NCBI GenBank assembly: GCA_977018835.1
Contig: OZ361259.1
Location: 4,402,001 to 4,466,000, forward strand
Reading direction: 5' to 3'
Source of the DNA: Minutocellus sp. GHC0000111
Lineage: Eukaryota
Length of the DNA stretch: 64,000 bases
In this document: positions 1-14,587 of the stretch, piece after piece
Layout: each line of letters starts with the position of its first letter
Numbering within the stretch: the first letter of the stretch is position 1
Notes under the pieces: generated by a model
The model's database searches: none
Told to the model about the DNA's origin: nothing
The model's input: only the letters and a program-made list of their open reading frames with translations
Program-made: the position numbers and the translations under genes

Positions 1-3080
<3,080 letters not shown>

Positions 3081-3585
3081 GAAGTGGTCGGCAAAGCATA
3101 AGTTGTGCACTGCGCCTGGGAAACTCAACTCTAGACCTCCCCAGCTTCCAACGTCACTTGTTCGCGGTGGGTCGCGAGACGGTACCGGTATTATTGATCA
3201 TGCAGCAAGCTGGCTGAGGCTTTTTTGCTTCGAGAGCTTCGCTTCGCTCGGCCGCCGCTCGCGCTCGCGTTCCGCCCGTCCGTCGTCCGTCAACATGAAT
3301 TAACGTTTTACCGAAGACCCTATTTTGATATCTCAAATGTGGCCGGAGCAGAGGATACAAGGACGTGAGGATAGGCCCGCTGTCACGAAGTAGACACGAA
3401 AGAAACTCCTTCACCAAATCCTATGTTTGGTGTTTGCTGCCTACTTCCAATCTTGATCTGGAAACCGTGACGTTGAGCCGCTTTCAGTCGCATGTACGTG
3501 TACAGTAGTTCTGTATATACCGGTAGATCAATCATTCAAATGTCTTCTTTAGGGTTGTTGTGTATGTGTATTCATCTATCTATTG

Positions 3586-4791
3586 TCATCTCTGCCGTCG
3601 CCGTACCTTTTTGGCCGACTTTATCGACTTTTGCTTGCTCTTGTTGCTCGTGGACATGTGCTTCGGTGATTTACTCTCCACCTTCTCTTCCTTTGAATAT
3701 CTTGTGTTGTCGCTGCGAGTACTATTCCCCTTGCTGCTCTTGGAGCTCTTGGTTTTCTTTGACGAACCTTTGCTCTTTTTTGATGACTTGCCATGTTTCG
3801 ACGTTGTAGTATCACTTTCTTCAGTGACCGAGGACTCATCCTCTGATTCTTCTTCATCAGTGTCATTGTGATGTCCTCTTCTACCTCCAATTCCTCCTGC
3901 GGTATCGTGCTTCTCCTCAACATTTTCTCTAACATCATCCGATCTATCGCCATGATCAAAAGACATGTCGCTACTGTAAGATGGCGACGGAGCCGAGGGA
4001 CTCGGCGCAGACGCAGATGGACTAGATGGAGAAGAAGGTCTACTGGGAGAGATCTCCGACTGCACGTCCTGTGATATTTCGCTTTCATCTTCTACATCGG
4101 AAGAATCATCGTCGCCTCCATCATCCCTCTCACCACTGCCATCTGCAAAGGGATCACAATGCATCCCCTGATCTCCATCTTCCAATATTCCACATCCAAT
4201 CTTTGTGCGCCCATCCATTGCATATATCACCACGGCATGCCCCAAGTTCTCCTCGTAAGAGTAGCCATTATCAACCTCGAATGCACCGATTGCCTTGCCA
4301 TTGTTATTGCTATTATAAAAGGCTCCGTTCCTTCGCGTCCATGGATCTTCGGAAATCACATCTGAGTTCCAGTAGTGTCCCCCTACTTCATCGGCATCTT
4401 CACACGTCGTTCCCGTTACAATGTGTATGCGGCAGTCTTTGCAGTGGTCCTCGTTCTCGTAAACATCGAATTCGAACAACATTTCTGTGCCGCTCGCCCC
4501 ACCATCCTGTAAGTAAATTGTTCGCACATGTCCATTAGGATTGACCCAGGCACCAAGCTCAAGGTTGTATCCCGGATAACGACCGATGCAGGCCGATAGG
4601 TATGGCGCATTTTCTCTGTCGTCTTCGTCGTCTTGTTGGAGATTGCGCACCGGCGAACGAATGATGGTTCGAATGCCTTGTGCTGCGGAATTGAGCTCTC
4701 GCCGTGGTCGCCGAACTTTGGCATCGGCAGAATGATCAGTCGCAGCACCTGCCGACACGACAACGAAAGGCATGAGGGAAAGCGCCCTCAT
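3586..4791 (-). CDS. Secreted protein: signal peptide, RxL sites, Cu/Zn-SOD-like domain, Ser/Pro linker and Lys/Ser-rich basic tail
   Basis: 401-aa ORF with a hydrophobic N-terminus, REL and RNL sites, CRIHIVTGTTC..VGGHYWN..DPW..GHAVVIY..KIGCGIL, and the tail KHGKSSKKSKGSSKKTKSSKSSK. Confidence 0.7.
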   Translation of the reverse strand: MRALSLMPFVVVSAGAATDHSADAKVRRPRRELNSAAQGIRTIIRSPVRNLQQDDEDDRENAPYLSACIGRYPGYNLELGAWVNPNGHVRTIYLQDGGASGTEMLFEFDVYENEDHCKDCRIHIVTGTTCEDADEVGGHYWNSDVISEDPWTRRNGAFYNSNNNGKAIGAFEVDNGYSYEENLGHAVVIYAMDGRTKIGCGILEDGDQGMHCDPFADGSGERDDGGDDDSSDVEDESEISQDVQSEISPSRPSSPSSPSASAPSPSAPSPSYSSDMSFDHGDRSDDVRENVEEKHDTAGGIGGRRGHHNDTDEEESEDESSVTEESDTTTSKHGKSSKKSKGSSKKTKSSKSSKGNSTRSDNTRYSKEEKVESKSPKHMSTSNKSKQKSIKSAKKVRRRQR

Positions 4792-4925
4792 CTGTCCAGG
4801 TGTATTGGCGTGTAAGAGAGTGGGTTGTAGGAATTCCTAAGGTTTTGCGGCAGGGAAGTTGGTCATGCGGGTGATGATTATCGTCGGTTGAGTGCGGCGA
4901 GAGCTCGCTCGTTGCAGAATGCGGC

Positions 4926-5170
4926 TAGTCTTTGGGAAACCTGGGGGGACTTTCCGGGTTACCCCTAAACCTGGGATTTCCCCCAGGATTTCTGAGTTTG
5001 CCCCCCGCCCCTACGCACGTGTTACTAGTAGCACTAGTGGCTACTATTAAGAATTCCTCGTACATGGGGGCATTTTGCCGTTTTTCCGAGGGACCCCAGG
5101 ATCCCAGGTTAATCCTGGGGGTTTGCCCCCCAGTATTTCTGGAAATTACCCCCAGGTTTCCCTATGACTA
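4926..5170. mobile_element. hAT-like MITE (245 bp) with terminal inverted repeats and 8-bp TSD
   Basis: Left end TAGTCTTTGGGAAACCTGGGGG matches the reverse complement of the right end, TAGTCATAGGGAAACCTGGGGG (2 mismatches). AATGCGGC is duplicated at 4918-4925 and 5171-5178. Internal CCCAGG/CCTGGG subterminal repeats; no credible ORF. Confidence 0.9.
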
Positions 5171-5425
5171 AATGCGGCGATGACCGGCGCGATAAACGCG
5201 ATGCGCTTTGAGGGATATTGGTAGCACGTTAAAATGAGGGAGAACCACCACGCGAGAGAATAGAAAGTGATGGTGCAATAGATCTACCAGGCAGGACAAG
5301 TCAGTCTAAGTAGTTATCATCTTTTCCAAATCAAACATATTCGGGGCTTTGCTGGCGTTATCGCAGGTGCACGCTCGAGATCCTTGCAGTCTTAGACTTT
5401 TTCCACTCCGCAAAAATTTAAATCT

Positions 5426-6481
5426 TCATCCCAACATCTCGGACTTCCACGCAGCAGCACACTGAGCTGCTGATATTGACCATTCTCCTTCGGCCTCCAT
5501 CTTGGCTGCCATATCCAAGAGAAGAACTGGAACTGCAACCATGACGATGTGGAAGGCGGCATGGCTCCATCCGCCAATGGGATAGGCGGCAAAGCACCAA
5601 ACAGCCACAACAAAGTAGGACCAAATTTTGCGAAACAGTACAAATCTCGATCCATCGTCATCTTGCATGAATAGCAGCGGCGATGTGTAGAGCAATATCG
5701 ATCCAAGTATCCGAACCTGATTCCGACGGGGTTTGATCTCTTCTTCCCAGTGACATCGAATGCAGTCGGCATTGTAGAGCAAGTTGAGCAACAAAAATGG
5801 TATGCTGCCACAAGATATTGCATAAGACCAACAGATGGAAGCAGCATGTATAGCACTGTGATCCATTCTCCGTGACCAATGTTTCAACCGTTCCGCGGGG
5901 TTGGGGTTGGCGGCATATGCCCAATGGAAAATGAAGGACCACGGACAGTGCACTATGATGCCAAGGCAGATAGACATGATGGTCGGTGGTGGCATGTACG
6001 TCAAATTGGGAAGGTAGGTCCAGTTGATGCATCCACGAGGCTCGTCATCTTTTCCACGTAGCATGCCCTTCGCCATTTCCATGGTTTGGGGCAGTATCCA
6101 CTTTCCAGCAGCGATGTAGTGCAAACAGAGGAAGAATGAAGGCAGTATCGTTACCGCATTCACCTTCTCCTGAAAGGGTGTCATTGTTCTCGCATTGGCA
6201 TACTTCTCAGGACATTCCACATGGAAGGATGATGAAGCTCTTCGGAGGGACAATGAAGAGCGAAATGACGATTTGGAGCGAGGTGTAGTTGCTGCTGATG
6301 TCGACGTCGAAGCGATGCTGGGAGCCGACGACATAGCAGCTTGGTCTTGGTCTGGGCTCGGAAGGTCTTTCTCGTTGGCATCGACACCACTTCGACCTTC
6401 ATCACCATCAGTAGCAGCAGCAGCGGGATCGACGAAGCCAAAGTCTGTGCTGCTGGCCCTCCTACGCCGCCGTACGCTCAT
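5426..6481 (-). CDS. PAQR/haemolysin-III (CREST superfamily)-like multi-pass membrane protein
   Basis: Several hydrophobic helices with S..FH (WSFIFH), RRMDHSAIH and WSHAAFH motifs. First ATG at 6481. Confidence 0.65.
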   Translation of the reverse strand: MSVRRRRRASSTDFGFVDPAAAATDGDEGRSGVDANEKDLPSPDQDQAAMSSAPSIASTSTSAATTPRSKSSFRSSLSLRRASSSFHVECPEKYANARTMTPFQEKVNAVTILPSFFLCLHYIAAGKWILPQTMEMAKGMLRGKDDEPRGCINWTYLPNLTYMPPPTIMSICLGIIVHCPWSFIFHWAYAANPNPAERLKHWSRRMDHSAIHAASICWSYAISCGSIPFLLLNLLYNADCIRCHWEEEIKPRRNQVRILGSILLYTSPLLFMQDDDGSRFVLFRKIWSYFVVAVWCFAAYPIGGWSHAAFHIVMVAVPVLLLDMAAKMEAEGEWSISAAQCAAAWKSEMLG

Positions 6482-6728
6482 GACTGTGCTGTCGAGGGGT
6501 GCAGACGTAGTATGCCGTATCGTTGGGACCGAGACAATTGTAGGACCAGCCACGGCACGTCCTTCTCGGAGCCTCTCGCTCACTTGACTTCAACCTTTTA
6601 CGCACTCATCACGCATCACGCACCTTGAGCTTCGACGAGGACAGACGGACAGACAGACGCTGACGGCCGGCCGCGCGCGCTCAAATCATTTGCATTTCAG
6701 AAGCACGGAAGCACGGCGATTGACGGCG

Positions 6729-9700
6729 ATGACGATGACCAGCGGCGAGAGCGGCCGTGGGCGCGCTACCGGCGGACACGGCCGTGGACGGGCTGGGCGA
6801 GGCGGAGGTCGAGGTCGAGGGAAGGGGGCAAGAAGCGGGAGGGGCGGCAACAATAATGCGGGCCAAGACCAGAAGGGGCATCGACCTACCAACCAAAGGA
6901 AGCTCCTGGTGATGCATGGTAATCGCCAGACTGGCGACTTGCTTCTGGGACGCATGTCGTCGTTCAAGCGCAAGCTGGGTCGTGTGGACCCGCCCATCGA
7001 TCTTGTGGCGGTCGACGCACCGTTTCTCTTTGAGGACGTGAATGGTGACGATGATAAAGCCGATGATATTGATGGTGGTGGAGACCAGCTACTGAGAACT
7101 TGGTGGCATCGACACGGCGATGAATACGTTGGTATGGAGCAAAGTTTGGACCTCATCCAGACTATTTGGGCCGAGGGAAGCTATGAAGGCATTATTGGCT
7201 TCAGTCAGGGAGCGCGGTTGGCCCATCTTGTGGCGCTCTTACATTCGGCCTCGTCATCTGTGCTATATCCTGGACTGAAGTACTGCATCTTTGCCAGCGG
7301 CTACGGTGATGTGCCACTCCCCACCAACTACCCTCCTACTGGTCCTGGATGGGACGATGCTCTTGATACTATTTTGACTTTGGACGATCTTGCAAAATTG
7401 AAGGTTGATGTGCCATCTTTGCATGTCATGGGGTTGACCGATACGCTGATACCAGTGGAATCGAGCCGAGCACTCCTTACTTCCTACGTAGACCCTCAGG
7501 TGCATGAGCATCCTGGCGGCCATCACGTACCAATGCAAGCAAGCTGCATCGATATTTATCTACAATTTATTGCAAAGGCGATTGAAAGCTGTGAGACAAC
7601 AAACGGCCGGGCTGCTGATAATGCCGGTAATGACTCTGGCGCGATACAAAAGGAGGTCGCGGAAATGCAGAGAGATCCAGACGAAGAGCATGCTCAGGTT
7701 CAGCAAGATGAAGTTGAATCATTGTCTCTAATCTTTCCGGAGGAATTCACTCTTCATAGTCCAATCCTTGACGAGAGCGGTAGAGCCATTACTATTGGTA
7801 AGGAGGATATCGAGGCAGGTCTACTCAGTGGCGACGAAGGACGACGACTTGCTCACCCAATATGTTATTCCATCAAATTGAGACCTCCACCTTATCAAAT
7901 TGACGATGAAAGCCTGTGGCCAGTTGACGAGAACATAGCTCTTCGGGTCCAGTACCCTCCAGAATACCCAGATGTTGCGCCAATTCTAACCTTGGACCAC
8001 CATATGAATATGATGCAGTTCAGATCTGGTCAGAATCGCGCATGCATGGAAGCAGACCGAGGCGGGCATGCCCTGTGTAATGGGGTGCGTCTACGCCGCA
8101 AGAGAATTTTTCGAGGGCGGTGGTTTAGCGGCGTCTGCAGATCTGACATCTACCGAGGGAGGCACCGACAGTGACGGAGCAAACGAAGGATCGGCGACCA
8201 AGAGCGAATCAATCGAGGCTGATGACTCCACAACGACATTGAAACAGGCATCGGCAGAGAGAATAAGCGAGTGCAATCAGCAAGGTCTTGGCATCGCAAA
8301 TTGCCTTCTCGGCCACCTTAATACCGACGAAGAGCTGAAGATGTCTTCTAGAACTGCGGGCGACGACGAAAGCAAAGAGAAAAGTGGGGCTGGCAGTGGT
8401 GGCAAAGGAGGTCAATGGAAATACACAATCGGGTTAGTAGGTAAACCATCTGCCGGGAAATCCACGTTATTCAATGCCGCCACCGCATTTGCTCGACAAC
8501 GCGGGGTCGACACGACAGATGCTGATACTGGCCTTGCTATTGGCGGGGCAACGATGGCACCGCATCCCTTCACAACGATAGATCCAAATGTTGGATTCTT
8601 TCTAGTGCCAGCACCAGTGGGCTCATGTCCTGAGGATGATTGCGATCCTAGTGTGCGAAATGAGCTTTGTGTTGGCTCAAACCATGGACGTGATAGTAAA
8701 GGCCAACGGCTACTTCCTGTCATGCTGAAAGATGTTGCTGGACTTGTACCAGGCGCCTACCAAGGCCGAGGCAAGGGCAATAAATTTCTCGACGATTTAA
8801 CCGATGCGGACGTTTTGATTCATGTCGTTGATGCGTCTGGTACTGCTGATACGGAGGGAAATGCTTTGGGTTACATCGAAGATGAGGGAAGTGAGGGTGG
8901 CACCGAGGAGAGGGGAGCTGGTTCACACCCTCTTGACGATTTAGGATGGATTCGGAACGAATTATTGGAATGGGTCTATGCTAACATTACCAACAAGTGG
9001 GAGTCGGTCTCGAGGAAAGGTATCGAACGACTTATTGGACTCTTCTCGGGATATCGGCAGAATCAAGCCTTTGTCTATGATGTATTGTTGGAGGTTGAGA
9101 AATATCTCGAACTCAAGGAAGGTCGAGATCATGCCCTGGACCACTTGGACCAGTGGGATGCTGGAGATGTGCACCGGTTGGTTTCAGCCTTTCTCGGAGT
9201 CAGATTTCCAATGGCTCTGGCTCTTAACAAGAGCGATCTTCCAACGGCAAAGCAGTATGTCAAGGACGTACAGAATGTGCTCCCTATCCATGGTGCTCAT
9301 GTTGGCATTCCCTTGTGTGCCAAGTCAGAAATGTCCTTTGTTCGTAACAATATCGCCAAAGCTCTTGGCGCAGATGACAGCAAAGACAAAAATGCAGTTG
9401 CGGTGCCACCTGAGGGTGTATGGAATACTCTTCAGGCGTCGCTGTGCCTAAGGGAGCCCACCATTGTATTTCCCGTCAGCGACATGAGTTCCTATGCAGC
9501 TTTGCCTGGAATGATTGAGTATGCCACAGGTCACGCATCTCTCCCTAACGCGGGAATGGTAGAATGCCTCGAAGCTGCCGGGGGAGATGCGCCTAGTCTA
9601 TGGGATAGCGATCGAAACCAATACTTTCCCACTGGAAATGAACAGATTCCAAATCAACGGAATGCGCTTCGAGATGCATTGGTGATAAAGCCCGGATCTA

Positions 9701-9903
9701 CTGTTGAAGATGCCTTTTTGGCACTCAAAACAATGGGTGCTCTTGGTGGTGAATTTGTCCGGGCCGAGGCATGTGGAAATGTCGGGGACAAACCCAAATT
9801 GATCAAAAAGGACGACATTTTGAATAAGAGCAATCGCATCCTCAAAATTATGACCAACAAACGAACCAATTGGCAGAAGAAGCAGAGCAGCAGTACAGCT
9901 TAG
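6729..9903 (+). CDS. Probable fusion: FSH1-family serine hydrolase + RWD domain + Obg-like (Ygr210-type) GTPase; frame break at ~8055
   Basis: RGG-rich N-terminus. FSH1: LVMHG..Q, GIIGFSQGA, PSLHVMGLTD, HPGGHHVP. RWD: QQDEVESLSLIFP, YPPEYP. In the next frame, EAGMPCV finishes the RWD helix and is followed by IGLVGKPSAGKSTLFN, PFTTIDPN, DVAGLVPGA..GRGKGNKFLDDL and NKSD. Confidence 0.75.
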
Positions 9904-9990
9904 ACTTTAAAAATTGTTAACCCTAACCCTAAGAGATAGCCACGATATCACATAGCTCAACAATCCAACTTAAGATGCATGATATCGCTA

Positions 9991-10860
9991 TTAAAATTCA
10001 ACTGTTGGCTTTCCGGCAACTTTGATTACATCGTCTACAACGCTCTCATTGCCTGTACAGATGCTCCCTCGACCGTACGAAAGAACAAAATCAGATCCGT
10101 CGCTGGCGTTCTTGGCCAAACCTCCCGCTTCTTGGACCAAAGCAAGACCGGCACAAACATCCCAAGGGCCACCATATCCATGTTCGTAGTAACAACTCAC
10201 AATCCCCGACGCTACATGCGCCATGTTGATGGCAGCAGATCCCGAAGAGCGATATCCTCGAAGCCCCGCCCTCAGCCACCTACGGACTCGTTCGGCAGAC
10301 TCATCAACGAAGTCGGTCTCTCTGTGATGACCAATATTGTTCACCAATAACGCATCTTGAACGCCAGTAGCCGAATCAACTGACAGCTTGGTCCCATTGA
10401 GATAAGCACCGCATCCTTCAACTGCCTCGTACAGACTGTCGGAGCTGGGAATATATATTACTCCAACTTTGGGGACACCTCCAACGCAATATCCAATCGA
10501 CACACAAAAGAAGGGATAATTGTGAACAAAGTTGGTGGTGCCGTCAATCGGGTCGATGCACCAGGCATTGTTATCAACTGGGATTCGATCTCCCTGTGCA
10601 CCGCTGGCATTCTCCGCCTGATCTTCCTCTCCAATAATCAGATCGGAGGGGAATTGAGAACGAATGTACTCGGTGACGATTCGCTCGACCTCCTGATCCA
10701 CCTCGGTGACCAGATCCACCCCGCTTTTCACCTTGGCCTGGGCTCGGTCGCGAGAATTGCGAATCACATCTCCAGCCTTGAGAGCAATCTCTCGGGCGGC
10801 TGCGTGCTGGGCCGAGTATTTGGACGTTGCGAGGCTGGTTGGCGTTGGGGGCGTGTTCAT
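9991..10860 (-). CDS. Inositol monophosphatase
   Basis: DLVTEVDQEVE, IIGEE, WCIDPIDGTTNFVH, RSSGSAA and WDVCAG..LVQEAGG signatures. First ATG at 10860. Confidence 0.92.
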   Translation of the reverse strand: MNTPPTPTSLATSKYSAQHAAAREIALKAGDVIRNSRDRAQAKVKSGVDLVTEVDQEVERIVTEYIRSQFPSDLIIGEEDQAENASGAQGDRIPVDNNAWCIDPIDGTTNFVHNYPFFCVSIGYCVGGVPKVGVIYIPSSDSLYEAVEGCGAYLNGTKLSVDSATGVQDALLVNNIGHHRETDFVDESAERVRRWLRAGLRGYRSSGSAAINMAHVASGIVSCYYEHGYGGPWDVCAGLALVQEAGGLAKNASDGSDFVLSYGRGSICTGNESVVDDVIKVAGKPTVEF

Positions 10861-11100
10861 CCTGATGAGGTAAAAATGAGAGGTGCAGCGCGCGCCAAAA
10901 ATCGAGGACAAGAGTACGTAGGCTTCTGTAATTAAAATATTTTACCCCAAAGTTTCCCTCAAATTCTTTTGTAAAATTGAAGATACATTCCATTTCTTTT
11001 ATTGTTAGAAATTACATAACTCTTTTGATAAATCGCAAACTTGGTTGGCAGGCTCGCTTTTGCTCCCTACATCCATTTCTCCTCCTCCTTCCTCTCAACC

Positions 11101-12351
11101 ATGGCGCTCGTTAACGTAACCAACATGGTGAGTTCCATTCAAAGGCACGCTTTCGTTTGCCGTGTGGCTGATCTTGTACCATGGTACCGTTTCTTTCTCT
11201 GAGGGCGCGAAAACAGCACATGACTTTCAACCCAGAGCATCGGCATCTCTCGCGACTCGAGGAATTCAAATTGGCCTGGTTTGGTGGCAGCACTTGCTTG
11301 CTGTGGGACTTCACGAAGTGACGGTTGGCAAATAACGGCCATTCGAGCTCTCAAGTGCGCCCACTCGGTATGCATGGTAACTGGCGATATGCAGTTCATA
11401 GGTTTTTGCTTTTCGGCTGCATGCTCCGCTCCTGGTTGCACTCGGTTGGAGAATCAACATTGGCACCTCTTGTGCTTGAAATGCCTTGGCTTCCTTGCTT
11501 GCACCTTAACCTCCCTTCCTTCTCTCACCACCATCAACAAAATTCTCTCTTCTCGCCCTACTATTTAGGTCGTCCTCGACAACCCGACGGCGTTCGGGAA
11601 TCCTTTCCAATTCGAAATTACCTTTGAGTGCCTCCAGGCGCTTGAGGATGATATCGAATGGAAGGTAATTTACGTTGGTTCCCCGGAAACCTCGACTCAT
11701 GATCAGGTCCTGGATGAGATATTGGTCGGACCTGTCCCCGTCGGCGTGAACAAGTTCGTTCTGCAGGCCGACGCACCGGATCCGTCGACCATCCCCAACA
11801 GCAATATCTTGGGCGTGACCGTCGTTCTGGTCACGTGCTCGTACAAGGAGCAGGAATTTGCACGAATTGGATATTATGTCAACAATGAATATGCCGAGCC
11901 CTATGATCCCGAGGTGGGACCGCCCCAGCCCATTGACCTCAACAAGGTCGTCCGAACAATTCTGGCCGATAAGCCCCGGGTGACTCGCTTCCCCATCAAC
12001 TGGACTGGAAAGGTGGAAGACGAGCCACAGCAGCAGCAAGAACAGCAGATGCAGGCGCAAGCACATGCCGAGGGTGCTCAGCAGCCACAGGATGATGACG
12101 ATGACATGATGATGGACGATGAGGGCGATTACGACGAGGAAGATGAAGAGGAGGAAGACGATGACGGCGATGACGATGGAGAGATTGACCTCATGCAATC
12201 ATCAATGGCCTTCTCCTCTCCTGTTGTGGGACGAACAACCGCCGGCGCTGGTCCATTCGGGCCCAGTGTCGCCCGACGATCAGGGAATCATGGCGGAGTG
12301 ATCATGCTACTGTACAGTGTGCTTCGAACTGATCACGCCTCGTTGCTTTGA
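11101..12351 (+). CDS. ASF1: Histone chaperone ASF1, copy 1 (intron 11128-11568)
   Basis: Exon 1 MALVNVTNM, then a GTGAG...TAG intron. Exon 2: VVLDNP..FQFEITFECL..EWKVIYVGS..DQVLDEILVGPVPVG..RIGYYVNNEY..KPRVTRFPINW, followed by an acidic tail. Confidence 0.92.
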
Positions 12352-12602
12352 CGGCTGACACGGTGCCCTCTATGTTATGTGGTGCTGTATGTGGCCGTTT
12401 GTTTAACTATGCAAAGAATACATGCGTATTGTAAAAGGGACAAATAAACAACTATACATATTCCTTTCTACTGTTCTACTATTGTTTCTATGAGTATTAT
12501 CGACGGCAAAAGCACGGGCTAGACCGAGCAAATGCTATGTATGCCGAACGCCCCAAATCAGATGATATTGCAATGCCAAAAGAATTTTTATCTTCTGGCT
12601 CT

Positions 12603-13859
12603 TCAGTCTGTGTTGTCCTTCTGCGGCAGGCGGTTGCCCTCCCAGTCCTTCCACTCTTGACCTTTTGGGGCCTGGCGATCCTTTTCGTAATCCTTCTCCT
12701 TTACTTCGTTCCAGTTCGTGCTCAAGACCGTCCCACCGCTGGTTTGGTAGCTCTTGACCATCGCACGACGCGTATCTTCATCGGCGTTCCCGTAGATTTG
12801 CTGGAACAGCTTGTTGAGAGCCTCCTCACCTTCCGGCTTCTCGGCCTCCTCCTCCTTCTTGAGATCGCGTTCGACGGCATCCCAATCCTTGTGAGATGCG
12901 TACGGGCGGGCCTTGTCGCTGCCACCAGCGCCCTTATTGGGAGAAGACGAACCCGAGGCCTTGGCGTCTTCACCGCTACCCTCGGAACTACTGGTAGCCT
13001 TTGCCGCTTGTCCCTTGCCCTCGTTAGCACCCTTCTTCTTGTCGGCCCCGGCACCAAACAGCTCGTGCCACTCGTGCTTCTCCTGCTTCCGCAGCTTGAT
13101 GAGGACCTTCTCATCCTTGTACACGACCTTGGACTTGTCGACATCGATGGCATCGAACAGCGTGCCGCAAATCACTGTAAAGTCTACCCCCTGCTTGGTT
13201 AGGACGACGGTGAGTGTGTCCAGACCAAAGTCCACCCGCAGATTCTCTGGCTTCACATTCGGCTCCGGTATCTGGATGGTAAGGACAGAGTCCGACTGGT
13301 AGTATTGATACTTGGGCATTTCGGGACGCCTTTTGACGTTGGCGGTGGTGCTGGTGGATACGGCCGGTGGTGCTGCCGCCGGCATCTTCTTCTCCACACC
13401 ACCGCTGCCCTTTGCACCTTTCGGACTTTCCCGGCACTTCATCAACAAATCCTTGACGACAATTTCGTCTCGTCCAGCCTCCTTGCCCAAGCGATCGGCC
13501 TCCTCCAGGAATCCCACCGCCAGATCGGTCTGTCCCGAGCGAAACGCCGCTACGCCTGCCCTGCGGTTGACCAGCGCCTCCTCTCCCCCACGGAGGGCAT
13601 CGATGGACACCGTCCCATCGGGCACGGATACGAGGCGCAGCGCCGACTCGGCGTCGGACAGCGACGAGGACCAGTCGGACAGCTCGGCGTGAGCGGCGGA
13701 GCGGTGCGAGTAGGCACGGAACCGATCGAGGTCGGTGGAGGTGGAGGACGATGAGGACAGAGCGGACGTGTACTCGGTGATGGCGCCCTGGTAGTCTTCG
13801 TCGACGTACAGCGAATCGGCCAGGGCCAGGGGAGACGACGTGGGAGTCTGAGATGTCAT
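12603..13859 (-). CDS. SGT1: SGT1 Hsp90 co-chaperone (TPR-CS-SGS)
   Basis: N-terminal TPR helices; CS domain ([15 protein letters not shown]); SGS domain [37 protein letters not shown]. Confidence 0.93.
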   Translation of the reverse strand: MTSQTPTSSPLALADSLYVDEDYQGAITEYTSALSSSSSTSTDLDRFRAYSHRSAAHAELSDWSSSLSDAESALRLVSVPDGTVSIDALRGGEEALVNRRAGVAAFRSGQTDLAVGFLEEADRLGKEAGRDEIVVKDLLMKCRESPKGAKGSGGVEKKMPAAAPPAVSTSTTANVKRRPEMPKYQYYQSDSVLTIQIPEPNVKPENLRVDFGLDTLTVVLTKQGVDFTVICGTLFDAIDVDKSKVVYKDEKVLIKLRKQEKHEWHELFGAGADKKKGANEGKGQAAKATSSSEGSGEDAKASGSSSPNKGAGGSDKARPYASHKDWDAVERDLKKEEEAEKPEGEEALNKLFQQIYGNADEDTRRAMVKSYQTSGGTVLSTNWNEVKEKDYEKDRQAPKGQEWKDWEGNRLPQKDNTD

Positions 13860-14102
13860 GCTTTGATTTGTATTTACGAGGCTAGCTAGCTAGCGTCAGC
13901 CAGGCGGGCGGGGATACAACCAAGCAGAGGCGACGAACCTCTTCGATCGACTGAAAAAAATGAGGCGAGAGAGCGAGAGGGAGAGAGCGCTGGAGTCGAG
14001 TCGAGTGAGTCAAGTGGACTGTTGGGGGTTTGATTTTCCAAGCAAAGCACGGCACATGTGCACATGATGCAACGGCACATATCACGTGCGTCTATCTCAA
14101 CC

Positions 14103-14538
14103 ATGGCGAAGTTACCCAAACACTGCCGCTCTACGTGGCTCCTGATTCTATCATTCCTCGCCGTAGCGTCTTCTTCGTCGTCGGTCTGTCTCACAGACGA
14201 TGAAATTAAATGCCTCCTCCGTGACGATGCGGAAGATCCGACCGTTGAAGACGACCAGCATTTGCCAACCTGTGGCAACGATCAACTCCACCAACAGCCC
14301 ATTCTACGGGAGGGCATCGTCCTCGGCCGGCTACGTTTTCCTGGAACAGCATCGACGCATCAGTACGATCAGTTCCGGCAGTATGAGTCGGACGATGTCT
14401 CTGATGAAGGAGGCAGAACGAATATTCGATGAACGATTGGAGCAGATGAAACGAGAAAAAGAGGATGGCATACTGTGCAATTTTCTACGCAAGGTTGAAG
14501 TGAGGTGTGAAGATGATGGCGAGGATGCATTTGCGTAA
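14103..14538 (+). CDS. Short hypothetical protein with a signal-peptide-like N-terminus (possibly frame-broken)
   Basis: ATG at 14103 gives MAKLPKHCRSTWLLILSFLAVASS. Two overlapping ORFs (to 14432 and 14538); no family motif recognised. Confidence 0.3.
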
Positions 14539-14587
14539 AATTAAAGAGCCACCTTTAATGAGTACAACCTACACGTACGCTTCTGAA

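Noticed and set aside
9917..9932. TAACCCTAACCCTAA telomere-like repeat (also CCCTAACCCT near 71)
   Set aside because: Only about two units; compatible with chance or at most a telo-box.
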